Assembly (NCBI RefSeq): GCF_009914755.1
Contig: NC_060939.1
Length of the DNA: 64,000 bases
Direction: 5' to 3' (one strand)
Source: the human T2T-CHM13v2.0 reference genome, Homo sapiens
Shown here piece after piece: positions 40,347 to 54,260 of the stretch. The position numbers and the translations under genes were made by a program. Positions within the stretch are counted from its first letter, which is position 1. Each line of letters starts with the position of its first letter. The notes beneath the pieces are model-generated. The model worked only from the letters and a program-made list of their open reading frames with translations. It ran no database searches and had not been told where the DNA came from.

Positions 40347-40668
40347 TGAGAGACAGGACTAGCTGGATTTCCTAGGCCAATTAAGAATCCCTAAGCCTAG
40401 TTGGGAAGGTGACCACATCCACCTTTAAACACGGGGCTTGCAACTTAGCTCACAGCCGACCAATCAGGTAGTAAAGGGAGCTTGCTAAAATGCGAATTAG
40501 GCAAAAACAGGAGGTAAGGAAATAGCCAATCATCTATCACCTGAGAGTACAGCAGGAGGGACAATGATCAGGATATAAACCCAGGCACTCGAGGTGACAA
40601 CGGCTACCCTCTTTGGGTCCCTTCCCTTTGTATGGGAGCTCTGTTTTCATTCTTTAAATCTTGCAACT

Positions 40669-40670
<2 letters not shown>
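40347..40670 (+). promoter_or_regulatory. LTR17 U3-R with CCAAT boxes and TATA box
   Basis: CCAAT at 40460 and 40526, TATAAA at 40574-40579; activity not shown. Confidence 0.7.
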
Positions 40671-40721
<51 letters not shown>

Positions 40722-43489
40722 AGTAGACTTACTCCTTGATGCCTTCTATTACCTGTGGGAGTAGATCATTTAATGGAACATGCTCGTCAAAATGATGGAA
40801 CTCAGAATGCTTTTTACCAAGCACCAGCCTTCCAGTTAAGTAGTTTATAGACACGTGCACTCAGGGATGGAAACATTGCGGGAAATGGAAGAGGCTGGGG
40901 AGATAAAAGCCACAGCAGGAAGACTCCCCTAGAATACTACATTGATGTTTCTTCCAAAAATCCACATATTAGGCCCTACCAGCATGACCACCTCTTTCCC
41001 CACATAGCCCTCACCACCATGCCCAGAAAGACAATCACAGAGGCCATTTTACTGGTTGTTGGATTAGAGCAAATTGTGCAGGACAGGTCAACACTCAATG
41101 ACATTTTCCTGATTGACTGGTTAATACAAAAATATACCCAGTGCCCCTGGAATTGATGGAGAAATGTATCATTATCTAAGCAGATGCCCCACTGTGCACC
41201 CAGCCACTTCTGAGCAGAGGAGGCTAGCCCACAGAGGCCTCCTTCTTCAATCCATCCTTAAGTTGTGTCCCAGAGTGCGCCTTCCTTGGCCCTGTGTGAT
41301 AGGGTTAAGTTTGCCTGCATGTGTTGTACCTTTATTTGATTTTCTAAGTGTCACCTTGTGGCCATCACCTCCATGATCTTGTGTGAGCTGGTGACACCAT
41401 CCCAATCCAATAGCTGGATCAGCTGGAGTGTTCAAGGCCATCACAAGATCTCCCTTCCCCTGCAACCCTCATCACTGTCAATTTAATGAGGAATCCAAAC
41501 ACAGAATGACCTTTATTTTTGTTTATATAATTTATTTCCCCATAGCTAAAGAAATATTTGTTCATTCATTATGAAGTATTTGGAAAATACAAGTGGAAAG
41601 AAAACTCTCCTGCAAATCAGTCATAACTCCACCAAATTAAAAGATGATTGAATAACCCTTTCTTTAGTCTTTTCACTATACACATATATAGAAAACTAAG
41701 AGCTAACATTTATTGAATGCTACAATACATCTACTACTTAGCTAAAGGTTCAGATATATTATTTCACTTAATTCTCACTACAGCTCTAGGCAGTAAATAC
41801 TACTTATAATCTTCATGTGTAGTTTTACTTTGCATACAATTTTGTTTGCTAGGTTTTTGTTCTTTTAACATTGAAACACAAGCATTTTCCATTTTACTAA
41901 AATTTTTCTGGTTATCATTTTTAATGATTTCATGTTTTTTATTTAAATTTTATTTCATACTTTTAGTTTAAAACATACATTAAAATGTCTTTAAGGGTTT
42001 GTTTCCATTTTATTTTTAAAATACTGCTGTGATGAGCATCTTCATGGATAACTGTCTTCTATATTTAATATTTAAGATAGCTTCTCCGAACTACTAGATC
42101 AAATGGGTATAAATATCTTAAGTAGTTTATTCAGTTATTTGCAGACTGATTCTTTTGATTCAAAACAATTTTATGTAATTTAAAGAACATAATATCCATC
42201 ACTATCAGAAGTTATTAGCTACATTACCCTGCTAAGAGTAAAATAATTTTAAAACTCAAATAGCATTTCACCTCAAACTTTCACACAAAACTAAACATGC
42301 TACCTATTATCAACTACTAAAAACTTTTCAAAAGTGTGTTAACATAGTACAAGCTGTTTGTGGTGTTTTGGTAAATACAAAGAGCATAAAGAGTCTAAAA
42401 TTTATCCATAATCTCATGAGCATTCAGAGAGGTCCATTTTAACATTTTGGTGGATTTCTTCCCATTTCTTAACAGATTAGATAGATACTACTGTGTAATC
42501 TATTTTACACACTTTTCCATTGAATATTACACTACATAAACCTCTTAAACGCTCTTGATCCTTGAACGCAAGTGTTCCCAGGAGACTTGTATCAATAAAT
42601 AAGTCCTGCAGCCTTTGGAGAGCTGCCCCCAAGCACCCCAAATGTTCTTTGCAGATCTGATTAGGGGCTGATGTGCAAAGGTGGTCCTTCCTCTACTACG
42701 TCCCGGATTGCAAATAGAGGAAGGTTCTCTCGGTGAATATTGCTGTTGTTTCTGACTGGACAGCCGAGCATTTGCTCTTATATCAAACAAAGTACCCATC
42801 AGCTTTCTGCTGATCTGGAGAAGGTGGCAGATTTCAAAAAAAAATAAAGCTTTGACCAGGGACGGACTCCTGTGGGCTGAGCAGCAGGAAACCTGCTTTG
42901 AAGATTGTAACTTATCAAGCCAGTCAGATGGAGTATGCTGCTGTTGGAGGTATTTTTAGAAGCCTAATTCAGCTGGGAGAGGGTGGAGGGGAATCTAGAT
43001 TTGTACTCAGGTCCAGTGACAGGCAATTTAACCTAGTGAAATCATCTTCTGACCTCAGCTCCGGGGAGAGGACCCCACATCGACGGCTGGGCAATCCCTA
43101 ACCTTCAGGAGCAACTGTCTGGGCTCTTGGCAAGCATGCAGCTCCGGCTTACCCGGAGCCTCTGCTCACAGTTCTCGAGCTGCGGTCCCCATTTCAGAGC
43201 TAGGAGATGCTGAGGCTCACAGGAGATCAGAAACGTGCCCTGCACCCTTGGCTGTACCTGGTCTCTGCTGTTCATGGATGCTTAAGAGCAAGCAGGCTGC
43301 AGCAGGTGGGACTGGCAAAGACCAAGGCAAAATAAGCTTTTCAACTGTAAAGGAGCAGTAGCTACCAAACGTGCTTCCCAGGGTTTGTCAGTTGGTACAA
43401 CTCTCATAGAAACATAACCCAATCAAGGATTCCTAGGAAGTTAGATCTGGAAGGGATCTGAGAAATAAGATGGGTCAGAAATCACTCTG

Positions 43490-43770
43490 CTTTTCCTAGA
43501 GCTGAGTCCCACCCCACTGAGGCTGTCTCCAGCAGTGCATTTAAAACATTTGGAGGTGTTTCCCAACTTTAAAACTCAGGAGATTTTACATAAAATCTGG
43601 ATTTCTGGCTTACCTGGAAGAATTAGGACATCTTCCAGTACCAGGTTCCTATTATTGCAGGACAGCAATAAGCCACCCTCTGCAGGAGGAGCACCAAGTC
43701 CCCAGGTTGCCACCATCTCCCCCATTCCCTATTACGATTCTTATCTAGCAAGATCCGTATATGCTAAGAC
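43490..43770. mobile_element. MER102-like hAT-Charlie element
   Basis: GGAGATTTTACATAAAATCTGGATTTCTGGCTT..GGACATCT. Confidence 0.55.
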
Positions 43771-44109
43771 CCATTTTGACGGATGAGCAAATTGACCTCT
43801 GGAGATTTTTGCAATGTGTCCAGTGTCAGACAGCTTGTGAATCTCCTTGTTGCGCCCCTCCTGGCCATGTATACTTCTGCTTATAACTACCTTCTATTCA
43901 CAAGGTCTCTGCAAAGTCTTCAGTGTGGTCCTCATAAACAACTAGGATTTCCTCCCTTCCTATGAAAGCCCAGCTTGAGCTCTCATCATTGCTGAAGTGA
44001 AGCCCTCCCTCTATTAGCAAGGCAAATTGAACGGGGTAGGGATGGGGGAGAACAGAGCTCTTAAAAGAAGATCAGGGTTCAGTGACTCAAGGCTTGAACT
44101 CATTTGTAA

Positions 44110-44255
44110 TCTCTCTAACCTCAGCTACACATTAGAATCAGATTCCCCAACCCCAACCCAGACCAACTCTATCAGTATCTCTGAATCCAGGTGTCTGTAT
44201 TTTTAGAAGCTTGTCAGATGATTCTAATGTGCATTCACAGCGGGGATCCACTCCT
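44110..44255. mobile_element. MER5A-like MITE
   Basis: CACATTAGAATCA..CCCAGACCAACT..ATCAGTATCTCT..GATGATTCTAATGTGCA. Confidence 0.6.
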
Positions 44256-44620
44256 CTGATCACGTTTCCACGTGGCTGCCCCAGCTTCCCTTAGTACTCA
44301 CATGCCCTTTTGGGTAATTTAGTTTGGGGAGTTCCCCTTCCTCATCCGGAAAATGAGGAGGATACATTGGATGCATGATTTCTAACTTGGGATGCTTTGT
44401 TCCTTGACATCCACAAAGGGAATTATGAGATCACCGAGTGCCTTTCAATATTGCAAAATGTCTAGTAGAAATCACACACTCATGTTAAGGCTGCACACAT
44501 TGATGAAGATGTTACATTTCTTTGCTTTTACCTGCAATTATATTTCCTCAATGTAGTGCTTCCAGTTTCAAAATATGGGGTTTGGGGAGAGAGGGAAGAA
44601 TGTCCCTGGTGATTACAAAT

Positions 44621-44758
44621 GGAGAGAGAGAGAGAGAGAGAGAGGAAAGAGAGAAAGAGAAAGAGAGAGAGAGGGGGAGGGAGGTAGGGAGGGAGGGGAA
44701 GAGAGAGAGAAAGAGAAAGAAAGAAAAAGGAAGGAAGGAAGGGAAAGAGACAAAGAGC
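44621..44758. repeat. GA-rich low-complexity repeat
   Basis: (GA)n, GGGA and GGAA runs. Confidence 0.9.
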
Positions 44759-45671
44759 GAGTGAGTTGGGCCTCATCGTAATGATTTCACAGTTCCTTCT
44801 AATTCAGCATTCTGTGGTTTGATGATAACCCAGGGAAGAGAAAAATGACTTCTGAGGAAGCAAATATACTCTTTGAACACCCTTCTTGTAAAGAGAATTA
44901 CATTCTAACATAATACATTTTAGTCCCCCTTCTTTGTGGAATGTTCTAATTAATACCTGGAAGTCAACACACCCGAAAAAAAAAAATAGGTCCTAAATTC
45001 AGGGACCTCAACCCAGGAGGCCTGGTTTACTTTAATGAGCCCACCAGTTTGACAGCCACAATTGGGGAAGAGGACGGGAACAAGGACAGTGTTGTCAGGA
45101 TACACATCAGCGGACAGTGACAAAAAATAAAACATTTTGTTACATGATAGATAAGTGCTTCCTGACAATCTGCCTGCTTTTATCTCTTTAGAGCCTCCCT
45201 CCTGCTCTACTCTCACCCAGCTGTTAAATTATTCTAGCCAACGCCACCATTTCACCAGTAAACATTTTCCTTGCCTGAAACTAGGAGGAATTTCATCAAG
45301 GAAGCAGACGCTGTGTTCGTTAAGCTGATTTTTGTCTTTGCTGTGTCTCCAAGGGAAATGCCCCCTTGAGTTTCCTTCTTGCATATGCAGGCAGAGCTGG
45401 TGACCATTGCTAGGCAACGTGTCATCATACATATTTCATCAGTGAAAGAAAGTCTATCTCAGAGAAGCCATCCTTCATCTATTCTAGGGCTTCCATTCTC
45501 CTTTATAAAAAGAATAGGAAAAAGGAATAGAAAGCCACCACCTCTATGTTCCCTGGCACCCGCGAGGAGGAATCAATGACAAAAGAATCAAGTGGAAAAC
45601 TTAAAACCTAGGCAATAGCAATAGTTAATTTAGAAAACGTAATGGGGGGGTGGAAATTCCATTCATAATAT

Positions 45672-46035
45672 TGTCTTAGCCAGCTTGGGCTGCTATAATA
45701 AAATACTGTAGACTGGATGGCTTAAAGAATAGACATTATTTCTCACTGTTCTGGAGACTACGAAGTCCAAGATCACGGAGCCAACAGATTCAGTTATTGG
45801 TGAGGGCCTTCCTCCTGGCTTGCAGACAACTACCTTCTTGCTATGTATTCTCACACAAGTGGAAAGAGGAATCTCCGATATATTTTCCTTTTCTTATAAG
45901 AACACTAATCCCATCAAGGTGGCCCCACCCTCATGACCTCATATACCATCCAAAGGTCCCACCTAGTACCATCACCCTGGGAATTAGGGCTTCAATATGT
46001 GAATTTTGAGAGGATACAAACACCATGCCATAACA
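45672..46035 (-). mobile_element. MaLR solo LTR, MLT1A-like
   Basis: TG..CA termini with 5-bp TSD AATAT (45667-45671 and 46036-46040); TTTCTCACTGTTCTGGAG..AAGTCCAAGATCA. Confidence 0.88.
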
Positions 46036-46090
46036 AATATCAACCCAAACTTTCAAATGATGCTTACCAAAATTTTGCGTTGGCATATTA

Positions 46091-46477
<387 letters not shown>

Positions 46478-46573
46478 AAAAAAACAATAAATACCTAAAC
46501 AGAGGGGTGACAAAAATCTGGAACCATAACCAGAATATGAAGACTGGTTTTCTTAGGCAGTTAGCACTATGGA

Positions 46574-47351
46574 TGTGATAGACAGAATTCTAAGGTGACT
46601 CCCATGATTCCCACCACCTGGTGTATGTTCCCTGTAAATTCCCCTTCTCTCGAGGGTGGGCAGGGCTTGTAAATGTGACGGGATATCACTCTATGCTTAT
46701 GTTATATTATATGGCAAAAGGGATTTTTGGACATGTAATTAAGACCTGTAATCAGCTGAGTTAATCAAAAGGAAGATTACCCTGGGCAGATCGGACCTAC
46801 TCAGGTGAGCGCCTAGAAGGGGTCTAGCAATGGGAGATGAAAGAAATCAGAGAGCTCCTGTGAGCCTGGAGTAAAGCATGAGCCAGACTGAGCAGAGGAT
46901 TCAGCTAAGCTGCACCCAGACTCCTGAACACAGAAATGGAGATAGCCAATGTGTATTGTCTTAAGCTAACAGTTTTTAAAATTTTGTTTTGGTTTGTTCT
47001 TTTGAGGCAGGGTCTCACTCTGCTGGCCAGGCTGGAGTGCAGTGGCATGAACATGGGTCACCACAGCCTCAACTTTCTGGTCTCATGTGATCCTCCTGCC
47101 ACAGCCTCCCAAGTAGCTGGAACCACAGGTGCACACCACCAGGCCCGGCTAATTTTTTTTTTTTTCTTTATTTTTTACAGAGGTTGAGGTTTCACCATGT
47201 TGCTCAGGCCAGTCTCGAACTCCTGGGCTCAAGCAATCTTCCTGCCTCAGCCTCCCAAAGTGCTGGGATTACAGGTGTGAGCCAGCACACTTGGCCTATT
47301 TTAAGCTAAGTCTGGGGTAATTTGTTACATAGCAATAGAAAATGAATATAG
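46574..47351 (+). mobile_element. MaLR LTR, MLT1E-like, interrupted by an Alu
   Basis: TGTGATAGACAGAATTCTAAG..TTATATGGCAAAAGGGATTTT...GGGGTAATTTGTTACATAGCAATAGAAAA. Confidence 0.8.
46983..47296 (-). mobile_element. AluJ
   Basis: GAGGCAGGGTCTCACTCTG..CACAGCCTCAACT..CTCCTGGGCTCAAGCAATC; flanked by TTAAGCTAA. Confidence 0.92.
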
Positions 47352-47614
47352 TGAGTGACTGTTGTGTTTTCTGTTTTCCATTTTTTGAAATTCCCATGTA
47401 TTACTTTCATAACAAACAAACTGAAGACAAAGTTGAAAACTCCATTTGGAATACAGGATTTTTTTAAAGTACATCATTGTTGGCATCCTGAGGCAAAGGG
47501 AGCTTCTCAGAGTTTCCTGACACTTGGGCCACATTCACAAACTTCCTTTCTCACCATCAATAAGTAAAACAGGTTTATCATGACACTAATTCAGAACCTA
47601 TTTTAAAAGGACTG

Positions 47615-48084
47615 TGCCCGTATGTTTATTGCGGCACTGTTCACAATAGCAAAGACTTGGAACCAACCCAAATTCCCATCAATGATAGACTGGATAAAGA
47701 AAATGTGGCACATGTACACCATGGAATACTATGCAGCCATAAAAAAGGATGAGTTCATGTCCTTTGCAGAGACAGGGATGAAGCTGGAAACCGTCATTCT
47801 CAGCAAACCAACACAAAAACAGAAAACCAAACACCACATGTCCTCACTCATAAGTGGGAGCTGAACAATGAGAACACATGGACACAGGGAGGGGAACATC
47901 ACACACAGGGGCCTGTCAGGGGGTGGGGGGCTAGGGGAGGGATGGCATTAGGAGAAATACCTAATGTAGATGACAAGTTGATGGGTGCAGCAAACCACCA
48001 TGGCACATGTATACCTATGTAACAAACCTGCATGTTCTGCACATGTATCCCAGAACTTAAAGTATAACAATAATAATCAAAAAA
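47615..48084 (+). mobile_element. 5'-truncated L1PA (PA7/8-like) 3' end
   Basis: ORF2 C-terminus MFIAALFTIAKTWNQPK.PSMIDWIKKMWH; 3' UTR ..GTATCCCAGAACTTAAAGTATAA plus A-rich tail. Confidence 0.95.
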
Positions 48085-48958
48085 TACTAATAGCAATACA
48101 GTGAGCCATTGGTATGGTTAGGTAACCATATCAATATGGCATTAAATGTAAATGGACTAAGAACTCAAATTAAAAAGCAGAAATTATCAGCCTACATCAC
48201 AAAAGCAATATATAATTTTATGCTGTTTACAGGAATATGTTTTATATATAAGCAATTGGATTAAAAGTAAAAGAATGAGAATATTTACCAGGAAAATCGT
48301 ATCACCTTGCTAGACCCAGAAAAAAACGTGACAAAGTTCAGCACCCATTCATGATAAAAACTCACAAAACTAGAAATAGAATGAAACCTTCTCAACCTTG
48401 AAAAGTGATCTATGAAAAGTTTACAGTTAGTATCATGGAAATCATGCAAGAATGAATGCTTTCTCCTAAGGTTAGAAACAAAGCCACGACGTTTTGCTTC
48501 AAACATTTATCTTGTATTGGAAATCCTAGCCAGCACACTATATGAAAAAAATATTCAGTAAAAATTGAAAAGAAAGCAATAAAACTATTTCCCACAGTAT
48601 GCTTATGTAAAGGTCATAGCATTTGAGATCAATGTACAAAATCTAATTGTGTTCCAATAAAAATATATATAAAATTAAAAAAGGAGTGTGCCTTATAATG
48701 TACCTTATTCCAGAAATAAACAGAGATCAGACTTGGGTGTCTATGAAAAATAGTTAGAAAAGCACATGGGGATGTATATAAATAAGTGTCCATCACTGTC
48801 TCGCTTATAAAGATAAAATTCAGAACACGTATGAGCACTAGTAATTGCAGATTGATTAAAGTATGGTCCATTCATTCAACGGAATACCATGCACCCATTT
48901 TAAACATTACATAGCTGTGTATTTATTAATATAGAAAGATGTGCATGATATAATGTTA

Positions 48959-49480
<522 letters not shown>

Positions 49481-49661
49481 TTAGACTTTCTAATTTTTTC
49501 AATAAAAATAGATTAATTATGTAACTTTTCAGATACAAAGAAAAAATTAACTATCTAATAAATTAAAGACACAGAAACATGCGTGAGGCTGCTCATTAAA
49601 AGATTTCAGTTTCTACTTAGTAGTCAATAGCGGTTGATGTTCCTCAAGTTTTATTAACTAG

Positions 49662-49980
<319 letters not shown>

Positions 49981-50477
49981 TATTGATTCATTTTAATAGA
50001 GGACTGGTCTCTAGAATAGTCTCATAAATACGTTTTTCTTAGCACTAATGACATATTTTCCAGATACAAATTACAGGGACCAGTTCTCAATCACTGTGTT
50101 GTTATCACAAAACATGTAGAAAGCACCGAGAATTCCATCTCCATCATATGTATTGATGCTTTCATTATGAGGTACCCAGCAGAAGACATTCCAACTGAGA
50201 AAATGAACCCTTTCCATCACCTGCCCCTCACCTTACACCGACATCTAAGTGATGAGCTCACTCTTCAGGTTCGGAGTCTTCCTGCTGTGTTCAAAGTCAT
50301 GGGAACAAAAGGCATTTAAAGTCCTAAAATCACTGGCGATGTTGACCAATGAGACATCTTCCTGGTGAGGTGAATGCTTGGCTGGAAGAGCACGTCTGTG
50401 TACATGAGAGAGTAGAAAGACCCCTGCCACAGGGAAGCTGTAAGTGAGGGCTCTGCCACCAGCTGGAGAGCCTAGTC

Positions 50478-50692
50478 CAGTGGTTCTTAACTGGAGATGA
50501 TTTAGGCCCCCAGGAGACATTTGGCAATGTCTAAGGATATTTTGATTGTCACATGGGTGGGGGCTGTGTTTTTGGCGTCTAATGGGTAGAGGCCATAGAT
50601 GTTGCTAAATGTTCTAAATTCACAAGACCACTCCTCACAACAAAGAACTTTCCAGCCCAAAATTTCAGTGGTGTCCTGCTTAAGAAACCCTG
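50478..50692 (+). mobile_element. MER20 (hAT-Charlie)
   Basis: CAGTGGTTCTTAAC..GGAGACATTTGGCAATGTCT..GGGTAGAGGCCA..ACAACAAAGAA..AGAAACCCTG terminal inverted repeats. Confidence 0.9.
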
Positions 50693-50859
50693 GTCTGGAG
50701 TGTCAGAGAGATACAAAGCTGGTGGTATCAAGGGCCTGACCAGGTGAGAGCAGAGCTCTCTTACAAGCTAAAACCGCCCCAAAACAGAGCAACAGCCAAA
50801 GTTAGACCCAATTCCACCTGATACTGAATAACCGGAAGTAGACTGATCCTACTCACGCA

Positions 50860-51920
50860 ACTAGAAAACCAGACAAATATATCAAAAACAACACTATTGT
50901 CATCCGACAGCTAAGGACTGTCATCCCCGAGAGAAAGAAACAACTGAGGTTAGCCCTACGGTTGCTCAGGTTACTGCTGGAGGCATTTTCTAGGCTGCAG
51001 CACAGGAAAGGGACACCCAAGTAGAGTCAGGAAGTCTCCCTGAGGTGAGGAGATGGAGCAGAGGATCCAGTGAGGGCAGGGCTGCTGGAATTATGGGGAG
51101 GCAGCACAAGTCTATGCAGAAAGCGTCCTGAGCCCAGCTGAGTACTGATCTACACATGCTTAAGGGGAAACCACCTGGGACTGGAAAAAGAACCATCAGA
51201 AAGGAATACACAGAACAATTCCAGGGCTCACACATGGCTGGGTATGGTTTGTGTTCCCACTAGCCAAGGTGGAAGAGCTTTTAATGCACGTGATAATGGG
51301 TAAAATCCTCAGAAATGCATGGACTTAATAGTGGGGGCAAATTGGCCCTAGAATAAAGGCTGCCCTGAGCCAGACCTAACAAAATGTAAAAGCAAGCCCC
51401 AAAGGACTAAGAAGATTCCAAAGAATTTAACTGCATGCCAAAACAAAATTCAATACTTTCTGAAGGAATACAACAAAATCTAGCCATCAAGAACATAAAA
51501 ATCACAATATCCAGCATCTAATAAAAACTTACCAGACAGCCCAGGTGTGGTGGTGCATGCCTGTAGTCCCAGCTACTTGGAAGGCTGAGATAGGAAGATC
51601 GCGCGAGCCCATAGGTTGAGGCTGCAGTGAGCTGTGAACCCACCACTGCACTCCAGGCTGGGTGACAGACCAAGACCCTGTCAAAACAAACAAACAAACA
51701 ACAACAAAAAATACCAGATATGCAAAGAAATTTACCAGATATGCAAAGGAAAATATGACCTATAGCCATAGGAAAAAAATCAATCAAGAAAGAAAGACCT
51801 GGAAATCATAGAGATTATGGAAATAAGAGACAAGGACACTAAAATAACTTTTACTGTCATGTTCTATATATTCAAGAAGATAAACATGACCAAGATGAGG
51901 AAAGAAAAGGAAGACATAAA
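50860..51920 (+). mobile_element. Old L1M 5' region containing an Alu monomer (FRAM/AluJ right arm, about 51538-51710)
   Basis: AATTTAACTGCATGCCAAAACAAAATTCAA..ATACAACAAAATCTAGC; monomer GCCCAGGTGTGGTGGTGCATGCCTGTAGTCCCAGC..GAGGCTGCAGTGAGCTGTG. Confidence 0.65.
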
Positions 51921-52382
51921 ATATTGAGAGTGCTGATTTATTTCTTCATCTCAGCACTTAGGAACATGGTGTTGTGCTAGGCTCCGGGACAGCAGAGATG
52001 AGTAAGCCACAGCCCCTGCTCTTCTGCAGCTTATTTAGTAGAAAAGGCAGATGTTGAAACCATTAAATATGATAGGATGTGATAAATGCCATTGTAGTTT
52101 TGGGCAAAGTGTTGGAGGAACACAGCAAAGTGGAGTGTAACCATATATGGTAGGCAGTAGGGGGTAAGATGAGGGTCCTTTATCCTTAAGACAAATAGTA
52201 ATAGCCACATTTATGCAATAGCAAAAATAATTTGCCAAATATTTATTGTGTCCCAAGAACCATAAGAAGCTTAGGGAAGAAACGAAGAAATAAAAACAGA
52301 AATGAACCCCTCCTCTTCTAAACACAGTATTTACTGACCACTGAAAATCATCCTGTCTTCACAACAACTCTGCAGGCGCACT

Positions 52383-52842
52383 CTGGTGGATCACATTAAT
52401 GTTCCCCAATTTTTAACTGCCTTCTGTATCCATTCCTTTTGACTTGTACCTGAAGTTCTTTCCATCAAAGGATCAGAACTGATTTTCCTGCCCCACCACT
52501 TTCTGTTTGGCCACATGACTTGCTTTGGCCAATGGAAATGTTACCAGATGTGATATGACCAGAGACTTGAAAAATGCATGTGCATGTGGGCTTATTTTCC
52601 CGCATATGTGCCGGTAGCATGAGGAGAATATGCCTGAAACCAGGAAGACGATGAGAGACAAATGGCACAGAAGCATTACAACAACCCACAGACCTGCAGT
52701 AAGAAGCAGTTCACTGAATAGAGCCCAGTCTACATCAGACGAACCCCAGCCAGCCCACAGATGTATACGCCAACAAATGCCTATTGTTGCATGCCACTTT
52801 TATTTTGTGCTTGCTTGTTAGGCAGCAATATCTGACTGACAT
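52383..52842 (+). mobile_element. MaLR LTR, MLT1G/H-like
   Basis: GGCCACATGACTTGCTTTGGCCAATGG..CATGAGGAGAATATGCC..CTTGTTAGGCAGCAATATCTGACTGACA. Confidence 0.75.
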
Positions 52843-54059
52843 GCATCATCAGATGAAGGATGAAAGTTAGGTGACACAGCTAGAGTGATATTCCTAGTAA
52901 ACAGTAGAACTGGGATTTGAATTTACATCTGCCTGACTCCAGAGCCAGCATTTTAACAGATTGCTGCTTCCCAGAAACCTCACTCCTGGGAATTTTCCTG
53001 AAGGCAATGATTCCTAAAAAGGTTATCTGCACATATATATTTACTGAAGTTTTGCTTATAACATTAAGAAAAATGAAAACACCCTAAAGTCTGCAAAGTA
53101 AAAGAAGCAGTTAAGCAAAGTATAATCTACCATCTTGAAGAAATGGCTTGTACTTATTAAAATGAAAATTATGAAAAATATGTAGCATTAGAGATCTATA
53201 TTCTAATGTTAATCTTGGAAACCAAAATCTATTTTGTAGGTCAACTAAAAGTAAAATCGTGCGCATAAATATGCAGATTTGTGTATGTGTTTGCATACAT
53301 ATATGCAAATAGACAAGGGCAGAAAAGCAGTTTATAAAATGAAATCAATTTCAGAGAGTCGCGGGATTAGAAGCGATGTATTTTAGTCTTTAAATTTTCC
53401 ATTAGAGTTGTTATAATAAAAACAGTGATTAAACTGACACACACATAGGTTTGATGTCACTCCTAATCCACTCAAAGGACTTACACAGCCACCCACTGCC
53501 AGGCTTCCAGCAATCTGGGTGTCACCGAGATTTTTCTCCCCAATCCTGTTAGCAATGGGCTTCAGAGTGCACCTTTACCATTACAAACCCCAACTACAGG
53601 CTTCTGAGGCTTACACTTGGCCTTAGGGAAGAAAGAGAAAAGGCCCTCAATCCCAAGAGGTCTTGCATTTGGCAGCCAGGACAGATTTTTCAGTTAATAA
53701 GGTCTTTCAAGTCAAAGTTGGAGCCAATTATTATCCCTCATGGTCAACCTGGTTAGAGGACAAGGAAGGGATGTGAATGTGCGGGGCATTTGCCTCCTCC
53801 CTCCTGCCTTTCCAGAATTCAGAGATAACTTGTACAAGAGCGCTTATGGGTGCCAGGGCTCTCCGCTGGACACGTGACACACAATATCCCATTTAATCTA
53901 CAAGAGGAAGAGAAAGTCCTGAGAGAGACTCACATGGTAACAAATATCCATTGGCCAAAGAACCAAGCACACTTAAAAATCAACACAAAGTTAGTCATGT
54001 GGATGAAGATTCATATTTCTCTTTACTGTCTCTTAACCACCAGTAGGTAGTAAATAGAT

Positions 54060-54260
54060 CTGGAGTCTGAGAGATTCAAGTTCAGATCTTGACTTTGCAC
54101 TTCTTTGCTGTATGTTTTTCAGCCACTTTCTTAATAATCTGCAAGCATGTTTCTTCATTTGTAAAACGGAGATTAGAATAATAACAAAACATGCCCTTCC
54201 AACCTTCCAGAGAGGTTTCAAGGATAAAATGGTGTATGTGTAGGCACTGTGCCAATATCT
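54060..54260 (+). mobile_element. MIR
   Basis: TGGAGTCTGAGAGA..TTCAGATCTTGACTTTGC..TTTCTTCATTTGTAAAACGGAGAT..GGATAAAATG. Confidence 0.7.

Larger units (their letters stand above)
36618..40720 (+). mobile_element. HERV-W (HERV17/LTR17) processed pseudogene: R-U5-PBS-leader-(deleted gag/pro)-pol-(deleted IN/env)-U3-R-polyA
   Basis: 5' end begins at R (GGCTACCCTCTTTGGGTCCC) with no U3; U5 ends ..GGTAACA at 37141; PBS 37144-37161; AG-rich leader about 37845-37955; PPT, then 3' LTR TGAGAGACAGGACTAGCTGGATTTCCTAGG at 40347 ending at R (..CTTGCAACTGC) with A50; TSD core AGT(G/A)GACTTACTCC; TTTT/AAAA L1 endonuclease site. Confidence 0.95.
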
